Made by a program: the position numbers and the translations under genes
In this document: positions 57,599 through 64,000 of the stretch, piece after piece
Position numbering within the stretch: the first letter of the stretch is position 1
Layout: each line of letters starts with the position of its first letter
From: Pedobacter sp.
GTDB lineage: Bacteria; Desulfobacterota; Desulfuromonadia; Desulfuromonadales; Syntrophotaleaceae
DNA length: 64,000 nt
Assembly (NCBI GenBank): GCA_050253415.1
Contig: JBFWJC010000004.1
Coordinates: forward strand, 64,001 to 128,000
Reading direction: 5' to 3'
The notes under the pieces: model-generated
What the model saw: only the letters and a program-made list of their open reading frames with translations
The model's database searches: none
What the model was told of the DNA's origin: nothing

Positions 57599-58828
57599 TC
57601 AGAAAAATTCCACAAACCATTCTTTCATGCGTTTCAGAACCTTGTCGAACAGGTTATCCGAACCACCTTTAAACTTCGATGCGCCCCCACAACGCGCGCC
57701 GTATTTTACCAGACCAACCCCGGTGGCATAAATCGGCGAATGCACCACATCGGTCAGTCCGCCAATCCCCTGCGGCAAGCCGCGTCGCACCGGGAGATTA
57801 AAAATCTGCTCGGCCATCTCCGGCATCCCGGGCAGGATACAGCTACCGCCTGTCAGCACAATACCGGAAGCAAGAAGATCCTCGAAGCCGCTTTTAATGA
57901 TATCACGCTGCACCAGGGTGAAAATCTCTTCGACCCTTGGTTCGAGAATTTCGGCCAACAGGTGGCGCGAAAGGATGCGCGGTTCGCGCCCCCCGACCGA
58001 CGGCACTTCGATGGTCTCATCCTTACCGACCATGGACGTCATGGCGCAGCCGTATTTTTGTTTGATGACTTCGGCCTCGGCCATGGGCGTGCGCAGGCCA
58101 ACGGCAATATCGTTGGTCAGGTGGTTGCCTCCAAGGGACAGTACCGAGGTATGCTTGATGGCGCCGTCGACAAAGATCGCAATATCCGTCGTACCTCCGC
58201 CGATATCGACCAGAGCCACTCCGAGATCTTTTTCGTCGGCCGAGAGGACAGCTTCGGATGAAGCGAGTTGCTCAAGCACGATATCGGACACGCCGACTTC
58301 GGCCTTATAACAGCTACGGACAATGTTCTGGGCGCTGGCCGTTGCAGCCGTGACAATATGAACTTTGGCTTCCAGACGCACACCGCACATACCCAGGGGA
58401 TCCAGAATGCCGTCCTGGTCGTCGATAATGTATTCCTGGGGCAGAGTATGAATCACTTCGCGATCCATGGGGATGGCAATGGCCTTGGCGGCATCAAGGA
58501 CCCGGCGTATGTCATCGTGGGTCACTTCCCGTGTTTTGACAGCAATCACCCCTTGGGAATTAAACCCTCGAATATGACCGCCGGCGATCCCGGCATAGAC
58601 ACTGTCAATCTTACAGTCGGCCATGAGTTCGGCTTCGCTGAGTGCCTTGCGGATGGCTTCCACGGTGCTCTCGATGTTGATCACCACGCCTTTACGCAGC
58701 CCGCGGGACGGGCTGGTTCCTATGCCGACGATATCCAGACCGTCTTCGTTCTGATGGCCGACAATGGCGCAAATCTTGGTGGTACCGATATCCAGTCCCA
58801 CGATCAGATTGTTTTTATTATTGCTCAT
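57599..58828 (-). CDS. ftsA: Cell division protein FtsA
   Basis: GLDIGTTKI, DIGGGTTD, LTGG and YATGVGL. Confidence 0.98.
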   Translation of the reverse strand: MSNNKNNLIVGLDIGTTKICAIVGHQNEDGLDIVGIGTSPSRGLRKGVVINIESTVEAIRKALSEAELMADCKIDSVYAGIAGGHIRGFNSQGVIAVKTREVTHDDIRRVLDAAKAIAIPMDREVIHTLPQEYIIDDQDGILDPLGMCGVRLEAKVHIVTAATASAQNIVRSCYKAEVGVSDIVLEQLASSEAVLSADEKDLGVALVDIGGGTTDIAIFVDGAIKHTSVLSLGGNHLTNDIAVGLRTPMAEAEVIKQKYGCAMTSMVGKDETIEVPSVGGREPRILSRHLLAEILEPRVEEIFTLVQRDIIKSGFEDLLASGIVLTGGSCILPGMPEMAEQIFNLPVRRGLPQGIGGLTDVVHSPIYATGVGLVKYGARCGGASKFKGGSDNLFDKVLKRMKEWFVEFF

Positions 58829-58852
58829 CTCCGTGCCTTCCCCCCTTGGAAT

Positions 58853-59707
58853 CTACCCTTTGCCCCGCACATCGCCGGCATCCAATTTTACAATAATCCG
58901 CCGAGTAACGTTCAGGTCGATATAATCGATAAAACTCAATCGTGTCTTGAGTTGTGGAAAGATCTTCTCAAGGCGATTCAACTTGCTGTCGAAATCGCTC
59001 TGCCCTATGCGCACCGGCACGCCACCCATGCAAGTATAAAGGGTAATGCTGCCAGTTTCATCAAGACTTAGCTCCGAAACGTCGCCTGTTCCAAAAACTT
59101 TGCGTCCTTCAAGACTTTCAAGCACCCCGAGTACAGCGTCAAGATGCTGCATGGTCGTTTCATCACGCGCCAGCAGTGCCTGCCTGTCAATGCCTGAGAT
59201 GACCGGAAAATCGAGATGATCGCCCCTTTCCAGCCTTTTAAAGACCTGCCCCGCAGCATCGAGATAATACAGATAATCGAGGCGCACAATGGCCTTGGGC
59301 GTCCGCTCGGCAACATGAATAACCAATTGATTCGGAAACAGCCGCCGGACCCTGGCATTGGCTATCCAGGGATTTTCCTCTATACGGGTACTGATACGCC
59401 CCAGGTCGAGTTCAAATATATTGGTACCGGGATGGATATCCGACAACGCCAGAATCTCTTCACGGCTGATGCGACGGTTGTTTTCCACCCGAATCTGTTC
59501 CACCTTGAAATAGTCGGAGGCGAACAGCATCTGCGCGGCAAAGTAAGCTACAGCAACAACCATCGACAGACTGGCCAGGGTCATGGTACCCCACAGTGAG
59601 CCAATCAGCAAGCGTCGCCATGGAATAACCCGGCGTTGTTTCCTGAAATGGTTGCCTTTACGACTATTTCGTCGTTTTTTTGAGGGTCCGATATTGACCA
59701 TGCTCAT
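58853..59707 (-). CDS. ftsQ: Cell division protein FtsQ/DivIB
   Basis: Basic N-terminus, single TM, POTRA (NPWIANARVRRLFP), and position between ddl and ftsA. Start 59707 or 59701. Confidence 0.9.
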   Translation of the reverse strand: MSMVNIGPSKKRRNSRKGNHFRKQRRVIPWRRLLIGSLWGTMTLASLSMVVAVAYFAAQMLFASDYFKVEQIRVENNRRISREEILALSDIHPGTNIFELDLGRISTRIEENPWIANARVRRLFPNQLVIHVAERTPKAIVRLDYLYYLDAAGQVFKRLERGDHLDFPVISGIDRQALLARDETTMQHLDAVLGVLESLEGRKVFGTGDVSELSLDETGSITLYTCMGGVPVRIGQSDFDSKLNRLEKIFPQLKTRLSFIDYIDLNVTRRIIVKLDAGDVRGKG

Positions 59708-59729
59708 TACCTCAGCGCACGTGTAGAAA

Positions 59730-60650
59730 TTACTTTCGAACTGCGGCACCCACAAGAATACGCTCAACTAACTCATCGAAAGACATGCCAATGGCACCGG
59801 CCGCCTTGGGCAACAAACTGGTTTCGGTCATGCCCGGAATGGTGTTGACCTCCAGGCAGTAAAATTCTGATGCGGTCACCATGAAATCGACCCGCGCCGC
59901 ACCACTGCAACCGATGGCCTCGAAAACCTGTACGGCTGCGTCCTGCAGTTCCCGATACATGGCTTCCGGTAGCGGGGCCGGTAAAAGATATTCGGTATGC
60001 CCCGGCGTGTATTTTGCCTGGTAATCGTAAAAGCCCCCTTTGGGCACCACCTGAATGATCGGCAGCGGCTGCCCATCCAGAACCCCGACGGTGACCTCCG
60101 CTCCGGCAATGAACTGTTCGACCAGCACCAGGTCGTCGTGCCGGAAAGCCTCGTCGAGACCAGCCGCCAGTTCCTCCTGGTTGTGCACAATGCTGATACC
60201 GATGGTCGAGCCTTCCCTGGCAGGTTTAACTACCAGAGGGTAGTCCGGCAAAGTTCCCTGCTGCTCTTGGCCTGCGCGAATAAAAGCAAACGCAGGAGTG
60301 GCAATGCCGTGGTAACAGAGCATCTTCTTCGTCGCAACCTTATCCATAGCCAGGCTGGAAGCCAACACGCCACTGCCGGTATAAGGGACGCCCAACATTT
60401 CCAGCAAACCCTGCACCGTGCCATCCTCACCAAAGCGTCCGTGCAAGGCGATGAATGCCACCTCGACTCCGGCTTCCTGCAGTTGAACGGCAAGGTCGCG
60501 ACCGGCATCGATATCAGTCACATTATACCCGCACCGAGCAAGGGCCTGGCTGATTGCTCGTCCGGTCCGCAGGGACACGTCCCGCTCGGCAGAAAGGCCG
60601 CCCATCAATACGGCGATTTTTTTTTGCTTTAGTTCCTGGCGTCGCATCAT
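59730..60650 (-). CDS. ddl: D-alanine--D-alanine ligase
   Basis: GGLSAERDVS, LHGRFGEDG, EGSTIG and EVNTIPGMT. Confidence 0.97.
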   Translation of the reverse strand: MMRRQELKQKKIAVLMGGLSAERDVSLRTGRAISQALARCGYNVTDIDAGRDLAVQLQEAGVEVAFIALHGRFGEDGTVQGLLEMLGVPYTGSGVLASSLAMDKVATKKMLCYHGIATPAFAFIRAGQEQQGTLPDYPLVVKPAREGSTIGISIVHNQEELAAGLDEAFRHDDLVLVEQFIAGAEVTVGVLDGQPLPIIQVVPKGGFYDYQAKYTPGHTEYLLPAPLPEAMYRELQDAAVQVFEAIGCSGAARVDFMVTASEFYCLEVNTIPGMTETSLLPKAAGAIGMSFDELVERILVGAAVRK

Positions 60651-60681
60651 AACTTTCGTATTCCCCAAACTAGGAAGGCTT

Positions 60682-61581
60682 TCAGGCCTCTCCGATCACT
60701 TGTACTTCAGGCTCCAGCATGATGCCGGTCCGCCCTCGTACCACTTCTTGTATTTCACCGATCAACGACAAAACATCGGTCGCCCTGGCTCCACCACGGT
60801 TAATGATGAAATTGGCGTGTTTATCCGAAATCTGTGCACCGCCCACAGTGTGGCCACGCAGGCCTGACTCATCGATCAAGCGCCAGGCTTGCTGGCCCGG
60901 GGGGTTTTTGAACACCGAACCGGCATTGGGTTTGCCGACTCCCTGGGCTTTGCGGCGTGCGTTCAACCGTTGCTGCACGCGCGCTTCGAGCATTTCCGGA
61001 TCAGCAGGCGTAAAACGCAGCATCGCTGCGGCGACGATACGACCGGACGGCACTGCCGAAGTGCGGTATCGCATTTCGAGACGCGCGGCGGGCCAGTATT
61101 CCATCCCCTCGGATCCGGCAAGAAACGCGCCTTCCAATACCCCGGCCATATCCTGCCCACCGGCGCCGGCATTCATCTTTACGGCACCGCCGACGGTTGC
61201 CGGAATGCCCGCAAGATCCTCAAGACCTGCCAGACCGAGCCGGACCGCCTGACGAACCAGTCGCATCATGGGAAGACCGCCACCAACCCTGGCTGTGCCA
61301 TCCTCATGAAACACCATGCTTTGCAAAGCGTTCATGTGGATGACCGCACCGCGAAAACCGCCATCGCGCACCAACAAATTGCTCCCCGTACCCAACGCCA
61401 TCCAGGGGATTTTGACCCGCGCCAGCAGGTGCAGGACCGTCAACAGTTCTTCGTCGCTTTGCGGAGCGACAAACAGCTCTGCCGGGCCACCAATACGCCA
61501 GGTAGTATGGCGGCGTAGCGGTTCGCCGACCAGCACCGGTCCCTGTAAAATTTCACGTAATTCAGCGGCCACTAAATTCAT
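60682..61581 (-). CDS. murB: UDP-N-acetylenolpyruvoylglucosamine reductase
   Basis: TTWRIGGPA, GSNLL, MNAGA, NAGSVFKNP and KHANFIIN. Confidence 0.97.
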   Translation of the reverse strand: MNLVAAELREILQGPVLVGEPLRRHTTWRIGGPAELFVAPQSDEELLTVLHLLARVKIPWMALGTGSNLLVRDGGFRGAVIHMNALQSMVFHEDGTARVGGGLPMMRLVRQAVRLGLAGLEDLAGIPATVGGAVKMNAGAGGQDMAGVLEGAFLAGSEGMEYWPAARLEMRYRTSAVPSGRIVAAAMLRFTPADPEMLEARVQQRLNARRKAQGVGKPNAGSVFKNPPGQQAWRLIDESGLRGHTVGGAQISDKHANFIINRGGARATDVLSLIGEIQEVVRGRTGIMLEPEVQVIGEA

Positions 61582-61582
61582 A

Positions 61583-62959
61583 TCAGCCTCGTTGCTTTAG
61601 CCAATCGGCCAGAGCTTCGCCGACCTGCCAAACATTACCGGCACCAAGGGTCAGCACCAGATCGCCGGGTTTGACAACCTGCTGGAGATGGGACAACACC
61701 GTCTCGGCATCAGGGCAATAATGCACATCGCGATGTCCGTGTCCGGCGACACCGTCGGCCAGCAGACTGGCTTCCACTCCAGGGATCGGCGTTTCGCCGG
61801 CGGCATAGATGTCCATGACCACCAGATGATCGGCTTGATAAAAGGCGGTCACAAAGTCATCGAACAACGCCTGGGTGCGAGAGTAACGGTGGGGCTGAAA
61901 TACTGCCACGACCCGGCGATTCCATCCGCTGCGCGCAGCAGCCAGGGTGACCTTGATTTCGGCCGGATGGTGCCCGTAGTCATCCACCACCATAATATCC
62001 TGCCCGTGGTATTTTGGCTGGAAGCGCCGCTGAACGCCGCAAAAGTCAAGAAACCCTTCGGCAATCTGTTCAAATGGAATTTCCAGCTCCCTTGCCACAG
62101 CCACCGCAGCCAAGGCATTGAGAACGTTGTGCTGACCAGGCATTCGAATGGACAACTGGCCCAGATTTTCGCCCTGGTGGCAGACGGTGAAGGTCGTCCG
62201 CTCTTCCCGATAGGAGACATCCTGAGCATTATAGTCGGCCTGGGTCGTCATGCCGTAGGTGACAAAGCGCTTGCCGACCTGCGGTATCAGAGCCTGGATA
62301 TTCGGATCGTCGAGACATAGTACCGCCACCCCGTAAAAGGGTATTTTATTGATGAAATCGACAAAAGTACGCTTGATTTCATCCAGATCGCTGTAAAAGT
62401 CGAGATGATCCGCATCGACATTGGTCACCACCGCGATAGTTGGCGACAGCTTTAAAAAGGAACCGTCCGACTCGTCGGCCTCTGCAACCAGGAATTTCCC
62501 TTGTCCGAGCTTGGCATTGGAACCGATGGAATCGAGACGGCCGCCGATCACCACCGTCGGGTCAATACCGGCTTTGGACAACACGGTTGAAACCATGCTG
62601 GTGGTGGTGGTTTTTCCGTGGGTACCGGCCACGGCGATACCGTATTTCATGCGCATGAGTTCCGCCAGCATTTCAGCACGCGGGATAACGGGAATCAAAC
62701 GACGGTGGGCTTCGACCACCTCCGGGTTATCGCTCTTGACGGCGGTCGATGTGACCACCACATCGGCATCCCCGAGGTTTTCGGCAGCATGTCCGTAACC
62801 GATGCTCCCGCCGAGCTCGCATAGGCGGCGAGTGATCTCCGACTCCCGCAGATCCGAACCGCTGACACGGTAGCCAAGATTGAGCAGGACTTCAGCGATA
62901 CCGCTCATGCCGATCCCGCCTATGCCAACAAAATGTATGGTGCGAATCTTCCCGTACAT
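61583..62959 (-). CDS. murC: UDP-N-acetylmuramate--L-alanine ligase
   Basis: [30 protein letters not shown] and FQPHRYSR. Confidence 0.98.
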   Translation of the reverse strand: MYGKIRTIHFVGIGGIGMSGIAEVLLNLGYRVSGSDLRESEITRRLCELGGSIGYGHAAENLGDADVVVTSTAVKSDNPEVVEAHRRLIPVIPRAEMLAELMRMKYGIAVAGTHGKTTTTSMVSTVLSKAGIDPTVVIGGRLDSIGSNAKLGQGKFLVAEADESDGSFLKLSPTIAVVTNVDADHLDFYSDLDEIKRTFVDFINKIPFYGVAVLCLDDPNIQALIPQVGKRFVTYGMTTQADYNAQDVSYREERTTFTVCHQGENLGQLSIRMPGQHNVLNALAAVAVARELEIPFEQIAEGFLDFCGVQRRFQPKYHGQDIMVVDDYGHHPAEIKVTLAAARSGWNRRVVAVFQPHRYSRTQALFDDFVTAFYQADHLVVMDIYAAGETPIPGVEASLLADGVAGHGHRDVHYCPDAETVLSHLQQVVKPGDLVLTLGAGNVWQVGEALADWLKQRG

Positions 62960-63006
62960 AAAGCTTTACAAACCTTCCCTGCTCAAAGCAGCGTTGAGTA
63001 AACTAT

Positions 63007-64000
63007 TTAATCCTGCCCGCATATGGTGCGACATACCTTAAGAATCCTGTCGGCGGCACCGGAAATCCCCAGCGACTTGGATGCGGCCGCCATGCTGATC
63101 AGTCGGGAGCGGTTTTCCATCAGGTCGATAATCAAGCCGGCCAGGTGCTCGGCGGTCAGGTCCTGTTGTGGCAGGACCAATGCAGCGCCCTTGCGTGCGA
63201 CAGCGTGGGCATTAATGGTCTGATGATCCCCTGCCGCATGGGGATAAGGAATGAGAATCGCCGCACGGCCACAGACCGCAAGTTCGGCCAGGGTGGTGGC
63301 ACCGGCCCGGCAGACCACCAGGTGAGCCTTGGCGTAGGCGCTGGCCATGTCGTTGATAAACGGCACCACGCATTCCTGTGGCCAGCCAGCCTTTGCATAT
63401 CCCTCACGAATGCGTTGAAGATCGTCGCTGCCGGTCTGATGCACGAGCTGCAACCGACCCCGCCATTTATCCAGCAGCGGCAATGCCGCCAGCATGGCAT
63501 CGTTGATGGCACGGGCACCGCGACTACCACCGAATATCAACAACCCGGGATCGCCACCATCCATAGGCGGACAATCTTCCATCCCCTTGCGTAACGGGTT
63601 ACCGGTTACGGTTGTAGTGGCGCGATGAAAGGCGCGCTCCGCCTCCGAAAAGGACAGGCAGACACAGCGGGCCCAACCACCCAGCAGACGGTTGGTCATC
63701 CCCGGCCAGGCATTCTGCTCGTGGATAACAGTCGGGATGCCTTTGAGTCTGGCAGCCATCAACATGGGCGCAGAAGCATAGCCGCCCACCCCGAGGACCA
63801 CATCGGGCTTAAATTCCCGCAGGATACGCATCCCCTGCCAGACACTTTTTATCAGGCAGGGAATCATGCGCAGCTTGCCCGCCACCCCCTGATTGACAAA
63901 TCCGCGGATATCGATGCAACGCAGTGGTAACTCAAGCTCTGGCACTACCCGTGCTTCGATGCCACGGGCGGTACCGACAAATAGAACCTCGGCGGATGGT
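63007..64000 (-). CDS. murG: MurG glycosyltransferase, 3' part (start lies beyond the window)
   Basis: GVGGYAS, HEQN, TGNP, GGSRGA, CRAGATT and DHQTINA. Confidence 0.96.
   Translation of the reverse strand, partial: PSAEVLFVGTARGIEARVVPELELPLRCIDIRGFVNQGVAGKLRMIPCLIKSVWQGMRILREFKPDVVLGVGGYASAPMLMAARLKGIPTVIHEQNAWPGMTNRLLGGWARCVCLSFSEAERAFHRATTTVTGNPLRKGMEDCPPMDGGDPGLLIFGGSRGARAINDAMLAALPLLDKWRGRLQLVHQTGSDDLQRIREGYAKAGWPQECVVPFINDMASAYAKAHLVVCRAGATTLAELAVCGRAAILIPYPHAAGDHQTINAHAVARKGAALVLPQQDLTAEHLAGLIIDLMENRSRLISMAAASKSLGISGAADRILKVCRTICGQD

Noticed and set aside
56933..58261. 442-aa + strand ORF and similar long ORFs over acnB, gatAB, glnE and the dcw genes
   Set aside because: Antisense shadows of well-conserved housekeeping genes caused by codon bias.

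Overview
A 64 kb chromosomal window that looks like a Desulfuromonadales/Geobacterales-type deltaproteobacterium (inferred from gene content and pilB-aroE-ribF-rnr synteny, not from a search). The left third (1-24.3 kb, all minus strand) is a type IVa pilus region. It holds the 5' part of pilB, then aroE, ribF, rnr and a DUF1015 gene, then two complete but divergent minor-pilin/PilY1 tip cassettes in tandem (fimU-pilV-pilW-pilX-pilY1 and pilV-pilW-pilX-pilY1-Ig protein-fimT), followed by a HAMP histidine kinase / sigma-54 response regulator pair. Each cassette has its own GG-N10-GC sigma-54 promoter, and both carry the motif CGCAA-N4-TGYRCA 64-66 bp upstream of the -24 GG. The two PilY1 proteins have different N-terminal modules: DUF4114 with repeat domains and a phage-structural-like insert in one, a MIDAS-less vWA with a CBM-like insert in the other. 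The middle holds housekeeping genes (MFS, TIGR00300-family protein, HD protein, acnB, OmpA, gatCAB, mtnA, glnE, ABC-F, tpx, radical SAM), an ATPase-less MshEN/PilB-N-REC protein and a REP/MITE-like inverted repeat. The right end holds a methyl-accepting hybrid kinase-cheR-cheB-diguanylate cyclase operon and the distal dcw cluster (murG-murC-murB-ddl-ftsQ-ftsA-ftsZ). I saw no rRNA, tRNA, CRISPR array, transposase or prophage. All calls are by eye from motifs; no database searches were run.
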